Source of the DNA: a virus
Taxonomy: Duplodnaviria > Caudoviricetes
Virus record (IMG/VR): IMGVR_UViG_3300023179_005665
Span: 1-59,501 of that record
Length of the DNA stretch: 59,501 nt
Direction: 5' to 3' (one strand)
How positions within the stretch are numbered: position 1 is the stretch's first letter; each line of letters opens with the position of its first letter. The position numbers and the translations under genes were made by a program. This document shows positions 1 to 10,400 of the stretch, piece by piece. The notes under the pieces are model-generated. The model was given only the letters and a program-made list of their open reading frames with translations. It was not told where the DNA came from and ran no database searches.

Positions 1-503
1 CCGATTGTATTGTTAGAGGAAGAATTAAGCATCAACTGTAGTCCATTAATATTGCTTCCTATTAATGAACCACTACTGCTTCCTGTTCCTATCAAGCCAT
101 TAGAGACTAAAGACGATGGTGATCCTGCAAGAAAAATACTTATATGTTTATTATTTTGAGGATCAGCATTTTCTAGTCTATTAGTCAATAAATATTTAGT
201 ACTACCATCTCCTTTTAATCCAGTCTCCCTATTATAGTCCGCACTCACAAAATTATAATTAGTTGGCGCTGTTCCTTTTAGTGGCACCAAAGCTCCAGCT
301 AGAGTTCTAGCCCCACACAACAAACAACAACTCTTAATAGCTCCCCAAATTCCCCTAGTTTTACAGTCTATAACAAATTGATTAATGGCTCTTTTAACTC
401 CAATTTCTAAAGTTTGACCATCAGCAGTTTCAACCGCTGAAATATATGTTGCAGCATCTTTATCCCATGATACTCTGCGATCACCTAGCAATGCTAATGT
501 CAT
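1..503 (-). CDS. Putative virion-associated protein, truncated by window edge
   Basis: Not in the ORF track. ATG at 503 overlaps the upstream stop (ATGA). Manual translation MTLALLGDRRVSWDKDAATYISAVETADGQTLE...GARTLAGALVPLKGTAPTNYNFVSADYNRRTGLKGDGSTKYL resembles a family I recognise from freshwater phage tail regions. Confidence 0.7.
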   Translation of the reverse strand, partial: MTLALLGDRRVSWDKDAATYISAVETADGQTLEIGVKRAINQFVIDCKTRGIWGAIKSCCLLCGARTLAGALVPLKGTAPTNYNFVSADYNRETGLKGDGSTKYLLTNRLENADPQNNKHISIFLAGSPSSLVSNGLIGTGSSSGSLIGSNINGLQLMLNSSSNNTI

Positions 504-1042
504 AATATTCTCCATCTAGAAGCATTACTATCATATAATACCACAACAGAATATCCTGCTTCTAAATAATAGTCGGCCGCAAAAGGACTTAAAAATCTAT
601 TTTCCGCAGTGCTAGCGGTGTCCTGATGATCTAAAATAATAGTATATAAGCTGGTATTAATTAATATTTTTATAGTATTTGCGGGGGCACTAGCTAATCC
701 AGTAATTTTATAAGCCGCAGTAGAACTTAAATAAATTATATCGCTATCATTATGAGCGTAATTGTTAACATTAGCAACTAATGCGGAAGGATAATATCCG
801 CTATTAACTACTGTGCTAGATTGAACATAGGAAGCATTACCCAAAGCCCCACTATCTGGTCCTATTTCGGCGTAAAAATTTCCTGTCCACTGATACATTC
901 TACCATCATCAGTAGATCTATAAATATAATTAAGATTACCAGAGGCTGGAAAAGCACTTGCTGCCATATATTCTAATAGCGGATCAAAAGATGGAGTTAA
1001 TCCGCTTCGTGCTACTAAAACATTATTTAAAGCTAGTGTCAT
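500..1042 (-). CDS. Putative virion/tail accessory protein
   Basis: 180-aa ORF in structural operon; C-terminal ITGL...ENRF...YDSNASRWRIL motif typical of tail-fibre-associated modules. Confidence 0.6.
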   Translation of the reverse strand: MTLALNNVLVARSGLTPSFDPLLEYMAASAFPASGNLNYIYRSTDDGRMYQWTGNFYAEIGPDSGALGNASYVQSSTVVNSGYYPSALVANVNNYAHNDSDIIYLSSTAAYKITGLASAPANTIKILINTSLYTIILDHQDTASTAENRFLSPFAADYYLEAGYSVVVLYDSNASRWRIL

Positions 1043-1055
1043 AATAATTTCTCAT

Positions 1056-2321
1056 TTAAAATGTTGATAAAGAGCTTGCTAGTTGTTGACCAGCAGAAGC
1101 TACTGTTGAGCAATTTTTTAGTCTTTCTCCGATACTGCCAGAAACATTTAGTCCTGATGTCGCTATATTCCATATGTCGTTAGCATTTAAAACGGCTGTG
1201 CCAACAGTATTATCTACAGATACTCCTAAAGCCACATTAGCCGCATTTGGTACACTCATTGTTCCAACATTATTACTATAATTATAGTATACACCTGAGC
1301 GAACATCTGATGGTGCGGGTAGCAGATTGGCCGTGCTGTCTGCTGATATTAGTGTTTTTTTAGAAGATCCTGGTCTATGAACTAAACAAACATTAGTTGT
1401 GGCATTTAGGAGAACAATAGGCCCACTCGTTGGACTTTGACCAAGATCGCCGTATTCTATTTCGTATACTCTTACGTTTGTATTAGCTAAATTATTAGCA
1501 ACGCCTACCACAGAGAATAAACCAGATGATCCTAGTCCAAACCCATTTCCTTTTGCTCTAGTAACGGTCATTAAACCGGTGGAGTTATTTTCAGCGCCAG
1601 GAGCGGCCGATCCACCAATAGCTGTGCCAAAAATATTAACCGTTCCATTTATTGAATTAAACACTCCTCTCGCATTACTTAGCCCTCCTCCTGTAACAGA
1701 CCCTGTTATATTTAGTGTTCCTGTAGATCCTTGATGCAAAACTCCATGACACGTTGCTGTATTTCCTGCTACAACATTACCTATAATATTTAGTGTGCCA
1801 TTGTTACCAGCATGAATAACACCCACAGCAGATGAACCTGCTCCCCCATTAACATTTCCTGTAATATTGATAGTTCCACCGGAGCCAAGCCAAACACCAC
1901 CAGATCCAGCACCAGATCCTCCAAATACATTACCGGTTATATTTAATGTTCCTGTTCCTGCCATTAAAACTGAAGTATACACAGCACTAGAACCTCCATA
2001 TATATTACCAACAATAGTAGCTGTATTGGGAGCATTTCCGTTATAAGTTAAACAAACAGCCGCTCCAGAATAAATATTAGAAGACAGGGTAACACCATCA
2101 TTTATAGTAAAACCTCCTCCAGCAGTTGCGCTGTTTGAGTTATCATTCTTTATTTCTAAAACAGTTGTATTAACATTAATCGTAATAGCAAAACCATTAG
2201 ACATTAATGTATCAGCATTAGTAAAAGAAGAGAAAACATTACCGGCTGTTCCTGTTGGAGTTGTGGCCCAAACATCAGCAGCATTAATATTTCCAGTTTT
2301 TCTAGCATAATAAGTAGCCAT
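1056..2321 (-). CDS. Gly/Asn-rich beta-helix repeat virion protein (paralog of 2321..3625)
   Basis: Repeats GTLNITGNVxGG; C-terminus EIEYGxLGQSPTSGPI...SDVRSGV...VDNTVG...KNCxTV shared with neighbour. Confidence 0.7.
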   Translation of the reverse strand: MATYYARKTGNINAADVWATTPTGTAGNVFSSFTNADTLMSNGFAITINVNTTVLEIKNDNSNSATAGGGFTINDGVTLSSNIYSGAAVCLTYNGNAPNTATIVGNIYGGSSAVYTSVLMAGTGTLNITGNVFGGSGAGSGGVWLGSGGTINITGNVNGGAGSSAVGVIHAGNNGTLNIIGNVVAGNTATCHGVLHQGSTGTLNITGSVTGGGLSNARGVFNSINGTVNIFGTAIGGSAAPGAENNSTGLMTVTRAKGNGFGLGSSGLFSVVGVANNLANTNVRVYEIEYGDLGQSPTSGPIVLLNATTNVCLVHRPGSSKKTLISADSTANLLPAPSDVRSGVYYNYSNNVGTMSVPNAANVALGVSVDNTVGTAVLNANDIWNIATSGLNVSGSIGERLKNCSTVASAGQQLASSLSTF

Positions 2322-3625
2322 TATAATACTTGCTCCAACTGTTTACCTATAGTTGATACTGTGGCACAGTTTTTCATTCTAGATCCTATAGTTCCACTAG
2401 TTGATATATTAGAAGTTAAATAATTCCACACAGAAGCTGGAGTTAAAATACCACTACCAACAGTATTATCTACTGGAACTCCAAAAACAACGCTATTGGC
2501 ATTGGGAATAATACAGGTTCCTGTGTTAGTTCCAAGATTATAGGAAACTCCGCTTCTAACATCGGAAGATGCCGGTACTCCGCCAGCAACTATACTAGAA
2601 TCTATTAGTGTTTTTTTAGTTGTTCCAACTCTATAAAATACTGCCACATTAGAACTTTTATCTACAAATCGTATAGGGCCGCTAGTAGGACTTTGACCCA
2701 AAGATCCATATTCTATTTCTTCAACATTAGTTAATGAACCGGCGACACTACTGACTACTCCTGGTTGAGATGTCATACCGCTAGTTCCTAATCCAAAATT
2801 ATTTCCAACTGCTCTTGTCACATTTAATACTCCAGTACTAGCATTATTAGCTGCTGCACTAATATTACCGCCTATTGCTGAACCGGTGATAGATACAGTA
2901 CCCGTACTAGCATTGTTCACTGCAAATGTATATGCGCCATAAACATTCCCTGTAATATTTATAGTACCAGTAGAATTATTATTAACTCCAAATTGAGAAC
3001 TAGATACATTAGTTCCTCCGAATACATTTCCTATAATATTTATTATAGCAGTACTAGAGCCATTTTGAACTCCGTGAGACTGCTGCGAAGAACCTCCCGT
3101 TATGTTTCCAACAATAGTAATTGTGCCACTACCTGTTGCCCATACGCCGAAACATTGAAATGCTATTCCGCCTATACAATTACCTGTAATATTTATAATT
3201 CCATTTGATGTATTATTGACTCCGCTTCCTCCGGAACCCCCAGCACAATTGCCTGTAATATTTAATGTTCCACTACTAGTATTAGCTACAGCATGAGCAG
3301 TACCATTAGCAGAACCTCCATATAAATTTCCTATGATATTAGCACTATTAGGACTAGCTAAAGAAAAATTTACACAAACAGCACCTACAGTTGATCCTCC
3401 ATAAATATCTGCTCTAAGAGTAATTCCGTTATTCAAATTAAAACCCCCGCCGGCCGTCCCTCCCCCCGTAGCGTCATTTCTCACTTGACTAACAGTTGGA
3501 CTAATATCTATTGTTACTGTTTTATTATTAGCAACAACAACGTCTCCGCTACTTGGTACTACTCCACCAACCCATGTGCTAGTTGCACTCCAGTTTCCAT
3601 TTTGATTTGCTAATATAGTTGCCAT
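2321..3625 (-). CDS. Gly/Asn-rich beta-helix repeat virion protein (paralog of 1056..2321)
   Basis: Same repeat unit and C-terminal domain as neighbour; N-terminal GNWSATSTWVGGVVP motif. Confidence 0.7.
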   Translation of the reverse strand: MATILANQNGNWSATSTWVGGVVPSSGDVVVANNKTVTIDISPTVSQVRNDATGGGTAGGGFNLNNGITLRADIYGGSTVGAVCVNFSLASPNSANIIGNLYGGSANGTAHAVANTSSGTLNITGNCAGGSGGSGVNNTSNGIINITGNCIGGIAFQCFGVWATGSGTITIVGNITGGSSQQSHGVQNGSSTAIINIIGNVFGGTNVSSSQFGVNNNSTGTINITGNVYGAYTFAVNNASTGTVSITGSAIGGNISAAANNASTGVLNVTRAVGNNFGLGTSGMTSQPGVVSSVAGSLTNVEEIEYGSLGQSPTSGPIRFVDKSSNVAVFYRVGTTKKTLIDSSIVAGGVPASSDVRSGVSYNLGTNTGTCIIPNANSVVFGVPVDNTVGSGILTPASVWNYLTSNISTSGTIGSRMKNCATVSTIGKQLEQVL

Positions 3626-3912
3626 TAATAACCTTTACTTTTTAATAAATTATTAATAGTAGAAATTAAATTAGATGCAAAAACTTGTTCATTTTCATCC
3701 ACTAACTCATTTAATCTTCCTCTAAATATTCCAATGCTTTTACTATCTTCAGTAACTGCTCCTAAAACTGGATCTAATCTTGTTGGGACTAATCTTAATG
3801 CGAAGCTTAAATCTTCGTCTCCATCTTTTTCACATTTTGTGGAAATGGCCAAATTAATAGTTAAATGATCATAAGTTACACTATCAATAGTTACCGGGTC
3901 TGTAATTTTCAT
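3625..3912 (-). CDS. Hypothetical protein (possible fibre chaperone)
   Basis: 95-aa ORF, RBS AAGGA, translationally coupled to downstream gene, directly follows tail fibre. Confidence 0.55.
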   Translation of the reverse strand: MKITDPVTIDSVTYDHLTINLAISTKCEKDGDEDLSFALRLVPTRLDPVLGAVTEDSKSIGIFRGRLNELVDENEQVFASNLISTINNLLKSKGY

Positions 3913-3924
3913 GATAATTTCCTT

Positions 3925-6630
3925 TTAAATGTATGTTGCAGTTAATCTGTCGGTCCACCTAACATTTGTAGCTGTTGTTGTTATTATAGTTGTTCCATCA
4001 CTATTTATCACGTTTTGTTTTATTCTCCAAACACTACTACTTTCTGAACTACCAGCAGCTGCTACTCCAATATAATTAATATTACCAACATAATCACTCC
4101 TAACTTCTCCCAAACTTAAATTAATTTTAGGAACACTAATAAAACCTGTCCATTCCACAACATCTCCACTAACTGCGGGACTAGTTAATGTAAAAGAAGT
4201 TCCATTAGAAGCTGTAAAATCTTCACTATTAACTAATTTAATTCCATTATGATAAACATCTATATTATTAACAGAGTAGCCTCCATCAACAACAAATGAA
4301 CTTTTAGTAGTATTAACTAATTCATAATTTCTAAAACTAGAGGGCGAACTTACTGTAATGGTATTAGAAGCATCATTATAAGATACGCTGGTTGATCCTG
4401 AACCTACTATATTTAAATTTTCCGATAAATTATAAGATATTACTGTTCCTGAACCGTTACCAATAAGAGCAGTGCTAGATAATCCACTAACAGATACTGT
4501 TAAACTATTAGCATTATCATTATAGTTTAAATTAATTCCACTTCCTGCTACTAATAATGCTGCTACTCTATCATCAACTTCTTCTGTGGTCAATCCTAAA
4601 CTACCACTAACACTAACAGTATAATTACCACTAGTATTAACGACTGATATATTTGATCCTCCAGTTATATTTTTGACCGGCAGTAATCCGCTAACACTAC
4701 TATTAAAATCAGTAATATAATTAGAACCTATTCCTGAACTAGTGGTTAATATTCCACTCGCTCCTGTTGTTATTAATAAACCGCTAGTTGATCCGATAGT
4801 GCCGCTATTAGTAATATTCCCATGAGAATGACTTGTAGCTGCAAAATTTTCACTATTTGCCGTTGCAGCACTCCCTAGTCCGAGATTGGTGCGAGTGGTG
4901 GCGGCGATTGCGGCGGCATTTGCCCCAGTGAATAAAATAGGCAGATTGATTTGCATATTGCTTGTGCCGATCTGCATGTACGCAGATTCTCCAACTTCAA
5001 TAAGCAGCGCCCCGTCGGCGTAAACATGAACGGGAACGTCACTTTGATTAAAATCTACGGCATAGCATCTCACGGTGCCGTCTGTTTCGATGTCGCTGTT
5101 TTCGACGTACAGACTACCCCCAATAGTCACGCTACTGTCGAAAGAAATATCACTACTGCTCAACGGCAAATTAACAGTCGCGGCCGTGCCAAGGCCGAGA
5201 TTTGTACGGCTTGTCGCCGCCGCCGTTCCGCTGGTGTCATTGATAAATGACAGCGGCTTGGCAATGGCGAACGCCGTAGTGTCGGCAATCAGAATTGTTC
5301 CGAATCCACCGACATCAACCGAGATTCCGCCCTCGTTGTAAATCACGGCAGCAGGTTCGCCGCCAAGTGTGATTTGCCCGCCTGCGAACGTCCCGTAATC
5401 TTGAATGTCCGTACTGCTCAACGGCAAATTAGCAACGGCAGCACTTCCAAGACCAGTAACACTAACAATATAGTTTCCAGAACTAGAATTTACATTAATA
5501 TATCCACTTCCAGCTATATTTGTAACTGGTAATAGTCCGCTAACGCTACTATTAAAATCATAGATACTCTCTGATCGGATACCGCCTACAGAATTACATG
5601 CTTCAGTTAAGCCGTTTATATTTAATTGTTGTAAAAATATTGTTGTATCAGATCCTTTGTAAAATGTAGTACTATTATAGTCATCTGATTCTATTAATAT
5701 ATCATCTCCTTTGTGAATATGACCACTAATACTCACCGGAACATTATCAACATTTAAAATATTAAAATTTCCACTATTACACACTAACTGTCCGCTAGGA
5801 AGCAAATTAATATTTTTAGCACCAATACTAAAAGCATTAATATATGAGCTAGTCAAATATATACTATTTAATCCACTAGCATCAACTATACCTTTAACAT
5901 CAAGTTTATGACTAGGACTATTAGTACCCAAACCAATATATCCACCACTGGTAATCACAAAATCGTTTTGATCTGGTCTACCAGCAACTAATCTTCCGTC
6001 TTTAAAAACTTGAAAAACTGATTGTCCAATTTCATTATTAGCATTTAAGACAACATCACTATTATTATCAGAAATACTAAATAAAACTCCATTAGATCCC
6101 TCGACAGTAAATAAACTAGCCCCACTAACCGGTGAATAAACATGAAGAGTTGATAGTGGTTCTTGAGTACCTATGCCAATATTTCCACTATTACTTATTA
6201 AATTAATATTTCCATTAGTATTGACTATATTAATATCGCCACTATTACTAGAATTTGATTCTATATTAAAATCATAATAGCCAGATCGTCCAACTTCTAA
6301 AGCATTACCTTCTATAGATACCTTTCTATATGCTGTGGCCGGATTACCTAATCCAGAAGGTTTTAATACAATATTTCTACCAGTAAAAGATTCTATAGTA
6401 TCAACTTTAATTTTATCATTTGCTGATAATTGTGCAAAAATTCCAGTAGATGCTGTAAAACTAGGTATATTACTATTAATAATAGGTAAACTATTCCATG
6501 ATGAAGATCCATCACCAATTTTTAATATATTATTAGTAACATCAAAACCAGGTTCGCCGCTAGCTAAAACTATATTAGCAGCTTCCCACTGAGTTGATAA
6601 TCCTCTTTTTAGTAGTATAGTATTACTCAT
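3925..6630 (-). CDS. Tail fibre protein with Mtd_N-like N-terminal domain
   Basis: N-terminus LKRGLSTQWEAANIVLASGEPGFDVTNNILKIGDGSSSWNSLP (Mtd_N/hyaluronidase-N motif); GNIGIGTxxP and RTNLGLG fibre repeats; C-terminal YIGVA...VWRIK...WTDR module. Confidence 0.8.
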   Translation of the reverse strand: MSNTILLKRGLSTQWEAANIVLASGEPGFDVTNNILKIGDGSSSWNSLPIINSNIPSFTASTGIFAQLSANDKIKVDTIESFTGRNIVLKPSGLGNPATAYRKVSIEGNALEVGRSGYYDFNIESNSSNSGDINIVNTNGNINLISNSGNIGIGTQEPLSTLHVYSPVSGASLFTVEGSNGVLFSISDNNSDVVLNANNEIGQSVFQVFKDGRLVAGRPDQNDFVITSGGYIGLGTNSPSHKLDVKGIVDASGLNSIYLTSSYINAFSIGAKNINLLPSGQLVCNSGNFNILNVDNVPVSISGHIHKGDDILIESDDYNSTTFYKGSDTTIFLQQLNINGLTEACNSVGGIRSESIYDFNSSVSGLLPVTNIAGSGYINVNSSSGNYIVSVTGLGSAAVANLPLSSTDIQDYGTFAGGQITLGGEPAAVIYNEGGISVDVGGFGTILIADTTAFAIAKPLSFINDTSGTAAATSRTNLGLGTAATVNLPLSSSDISFDSSVTIGGSLYVENSDIETDGTVRCYAVDFNQSDVPVHVYADGALLIEVGESAYMQIGTSNMQINLPILFTGANAAAIAATTRTNLGLGSAATANSENFAATSHSHGNITNSGTIGSTSGLLITTGASGILTTSSGIGSNYITDFNSSVSGLLPVKNITGGSNISVVNTSGNYTVSVSGSLGLTTEEVDDRVAALLVAGSGINLNYNDNANSLTVSVSGLSSTALIGNGSGTVISYNLSENLNIVGSGSTSVSYNDASNTITVSSPSSFRNYELVNTTKSSFVVDGGYSVNNIDVYHNGIKLVNSEDFTASNGTSFTLTSPAVSGDVVEWTGFISVPKINLSLGEVRSDYVGNINYIGVAAAGSSESSSVWRIKQNVINSDGTTIITTTATNVRWTDRLTATYI
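5154..5431. repeat. 20-nt exact direct repeat (5154-5173 and 5412-5431) within GC-rich tail-fibre insert
   Basis: tactgctcaacggcaaatta occurs twice, 258 nt (86 codons) apart; encodes NLPLSS in both copies. Confidence 0.85.
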
Positions 6631-6658
6631 AATTATTTTTTGTTATTTTGATGATTTT

Positions 6659-6926
6659 GACCCGCAGCTCATAATGCCAAGACAAGTTTTGAAATATTCA
6701 ACAAGCTCCGACTTCTGAACGCCGCACATCATTTTCTAAAATTTCTTTTAGGATTGGACTATATCTTTTATACACTAGTATAATCAGGGCGCTCTTGCCT
6801 GTTATTAAGACAAACCATTTTGTCTCAGGTAGTCTCTACACCTTCGCAAAGATGGCTTTGCGCTTGGCTCGGTATTGCCATCAGCATTATCTGTTAAGGT
6901 TTCACCGAATTCACCCCGAATGGGCC
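6659..6926 (-). ncRNA. Group I ribozyme (IA-like, with P7.1), intergenic, candidate circularly permuted form
   Basis: Minus strand shows P (GAAUUCGGUGAAACC), Q (CAAUACCGAGCCAAGC), R (GUGUAGAGACUA) and S (AAGAUAUAGUCC) elements. Helices: P3 UCGGGGUG(6919-6912)/CGCCCUGA(6791-6784); P4 UUCGGU/ACCGAG; P6a CGCAAAG/CUUUGCG; P7 GACUA/UAGUC; P8 UUAUAC/GUAUAA; P9 CUAAAA-GAAA-UUUUAG. Terminal AAUG places omega-G at 6730. The core call is strong; the permutation is inferred. Confidence 0.88.
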
Positions 6927-6941
6927 TTTAAATTTTTTAAC

Positions 6942-7460
6942 TTATATGTTCCTCCTATTATTTCTAAATAAAACTATAGTATTATTAACTATAACTCCAT
7001 ATCTATATATTCTATATTGGTATAATGGTTTAATTTTAATTGGCGGATTAAGACCTGGGTTTTTATCTGTATATTCTAAAAATAATACTTCAATAAACAC
7101 TTTACTATTATTAGGTAGTTCATCAGTAAACATGAGAGGTATAGTATCAGATATTTCTGTCGGTGGATTTTCATTGATAATATCAGTACAATAAACTCGA
7201 CTTTTTAAATTTAACGTTCGAAGGTCCATTTTTTCAGATTTTTTATTAAAAACAGCATTTGTGGTTTTTTCAAAAGTGAAAATATTATTGCTATAATTAT
7301 AGTAATATCGTCGTACTGATTTTTTAGTTAAATTAGGCAATGTTGTATCTGGTCCATAGCATCTAGCATTAAAAAAATCCTGATTTTGATTATTATAAAT
7401 ACCAACTTTATTTAAACAATTTTGAATTTTAACTATATTTTTTGGTCCATAAGTTCTCAT
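6942..7460 (-). CDS. Hypothetical protein
   Basis: 172-aa ORF, ATGA-coupled to upstream tail fibre; no recognised motif. Confidence 0.55.
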   Translation of the reverse strand: MRTYGPKNIVKIQNCLNKVGIYNNQNQDFFNARCYGPDTTLPNLTKKSVRRYYYNYSNNIFTFEKTTNAVFNKKSEKMDLRTLNLKSRVYCTDIINENPPTEISDTIPLMFTDELPNNSKVFIEVLFLEYTDKNPGLNPPIKIKPLYQYRIYRYGVIVNNTIVLFRNNRRNI

Positions 7461-10400
7461 AATGATCCTCCATCAATAATACAATTAGTCAATACTGTTG
7501 GATTATTAATATTATTTCCTACTATACTAGTGAGACCAGATAATGATCCATAGGTTCCACCAATACTAACTGTTGTTGATCCTAAAGTTAAACTATTAGA
7601 TATTGTTGATATTAATCCGTTACTTGTTGTGCTTAATAATACACCAGAAGTTGAACCTATCGTACCACTATTGGTTATATTGCCATGAGAATGAACGCTA
7701 TTAGCATAATCTCCACTGGGTTGTACTCCAGTAATATTAATTGTATAAGTACCACTAGTATTAGAAATATTAGCATATTCACTACCAACTATATTTTTAA
7801 CCGGTAATAAACCACTAACACTACTATTGAAATTAGTTATATCAGAACTAATATGAGAGTGACCGCTAACGCTAACTCTAATCCCATTCTGCTGTAAGGT
7901 TGTAAAATTACCACTAGGAGCTGTAATGGCTCCTATAAAAGAAGCTCCGTTAAGATTAGCTTTACCAGCCAAACTGTTAGTAACCGTTGTGCTAAAATTA
8001 GCATCATTCCCTAATGCGCTTGCTAACTCATTAAGAGTGTCTAATGTTGACGGGGCCGAGCCAACAAGATTACTAATCTCATTTCTTACAAATGCTGTAC
8101 TAGCGATTTGATTAGTATTTGTTCCACTACTAGCTGTTGGAGCTGTCGGTATTCCTGTTAATGCTGGACTATTTAACGGAGCATATATTCCACTCACCAA
8201 ACTATTTACACTACTATTAAAATTAGTAATATCATTAGACAAATGACCATGTCCAACTAAACTATAATTACCGCTGGGCTGTAAGCCTGTAACACTAACA
8301 GTGTATGTTCCATTAGAGTTACTAATATTAACATATCCAGAACCAGACACATTTTTAACGGGTAATAGCCCGCTTACTCCACTACCAAAATTAGTTATAT
8401 CAGAAACTATATGACTATGGCCAACGGTGCTGTAATTACCACTAGGCTGTAATCCAGATGTAGAAATGGTTAATGTATCTAGTACTGAATCATAATTGAT
8501 CGTTATAAATGATCCTGCTAATAATGTGGTAGTTAAATTATTTTGAACCCCACTAGCAAAATTAGCGATATCAGTATAATTATGATAGTGTCCAGAAACT
8601 GAAACGGGAATTCCACTAACTGATAAACTATTAAAATTAGCTCCAGAGGTATACGCTAAACCAGTAGCAGATATATTAAAATTAGTACCAATAGTTGAAA
8701 TATATATTCCACTATTACCTGTTATATTTGTAATTGGTAATAAACCACTTACGCTATTATTAAAATTAGTAATATAATTAGAACTTATTCCTGAACTAGT
8801 TGTTAATAAACCACTTGGTCCTGTTGTTACTAATAATCCACTAACCGATCCTATATTTCCACTAGAAGAAATATTGCCAAGATTATTTAAACTAGCTAAA
8901 GATCCTACTCCTGATACTTGAGACAAATTAATATTTTCTGCTGATCCTAATAATACATATAATCCAGAATTAAAAACTGATCCACTATTACCATCGGGAG
9001 ATTTTTTTTGATATACTCGACCATTATATGTATATCGACGATAAATATATTGATCTTGATTGGGCTGCCAGATGACTGATGGTAATAAAGATCTATATCT
9101 AAATAAGTCAAAATCTGGTAATATTGAAGATAACTGAGGACTAACAATATTTCCACCCTGGTCTTGATAGCTTAAAGAATTGCATATTATTAAATTATCA
9201 ATAATTCCCCCAAAACTATCTATAGCATCAGTTAGTCCATTTGCTTCTAGTTGTGCTAGAAATCCATCGGCACTACCATTATCAGAATAATTACCTCCTA
9301 AATTATCTGATACTATATCACTTATCTTTATATAATTTTTTGTTGCAAGACTTCCCAAATCTGAGTTTTTTGCGTAATTACCGCTAGGCTGCAATCCTGT
9401 TACACTGATATTATAAATTCCACTAGTATTAGTAATATTAACATATCCCGATCCTGTAATATTTTTAACTGGTAATAGTCCACTAACCGCACTACCAAAA
9501 TTAGTATTTAACAATAATACATTAGATGATAATCTAGCATCGGGCAAAATACCAGTAGTTAATAAATTAGCATTAATTGTGGGAGGAGCTGTAGCTATTA
9601 CAGCGCTTGTAAAATCAGTAATTTGACTAGATGGTATTCCAGAAACAACAGTTAGTAGTCCGCTTGTGGTTGTTATTACTAATTGTCCGGATAGTGATCC
9701 TATTCTTCCATCATTAGTAATATTGCCATGAGTATGAGATAAAGATGCTTTGGTATCTAATCCAGATTGAGTAGCTAAACTAATTGGTTTATTAAGATCA
9801 CTAGTATTGTTAACATTACTTAATCCAACATCATTTTTAGTTAGAGTAACAATGCCTATACGACCAGCAACACTTTGTACGGGGGCAGCGCCGCTAGCTC
9901 TAGCATCAGTATAATATTTATTTATACTACCTTCTGGCACACTATCAGTACTACCAGGAGAAGAGCTAATTTCTATATAACTACTACCACCCCATCTATA
10001 GGTTTTATTATTATCTAGAGTAACATAAATTTTACCAGGTTCACCAATAGATGGAAAATTTCCACTACTACTATATTCTAACACATCATCAACATAGCTG
10101 GGTAATTGAGATGCTGGAATCAATCCATTCACCAGTATAGCATAACTACCCGATATTTGTTTGTTATCTAAAGCAGACTGAAGTCCTGTAACGTCACCAA
10201 TATTATGAATATGTCCAACAACACTGTAGTCACCAGATGGTTGTAGTCCAGTTACATTAATAGTTAAAGTATTATTAGGATCATTATAATTTAAATCTAT
10301 ATACGATCCACTCTTTAGCAAATCATTTACTCTATCATCAACTTGTTCGCTAGTTAATCCAAATTGCCCAGTGACACTTACTTGAAAATCTTTATCAGTA

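Noticed and set aside
6643-6732. Short ORF MMCGVQKSELVEYFKTCLGIMSCGSKSSK after omega-G
   Set aside because: No RBS or recognisable motif; the sequence is better explained by P1/IGS/P10 pairing, though a 3' exon role is not fully excluded
6942-7460. 172-aa ORF as intron-encoded homing endonuclease
   Set aside because: No HNH, GIY-YIG or LAGLIDADG motif, and the upstream fibre gene ends with a normal IDGG terminus rather than looking split
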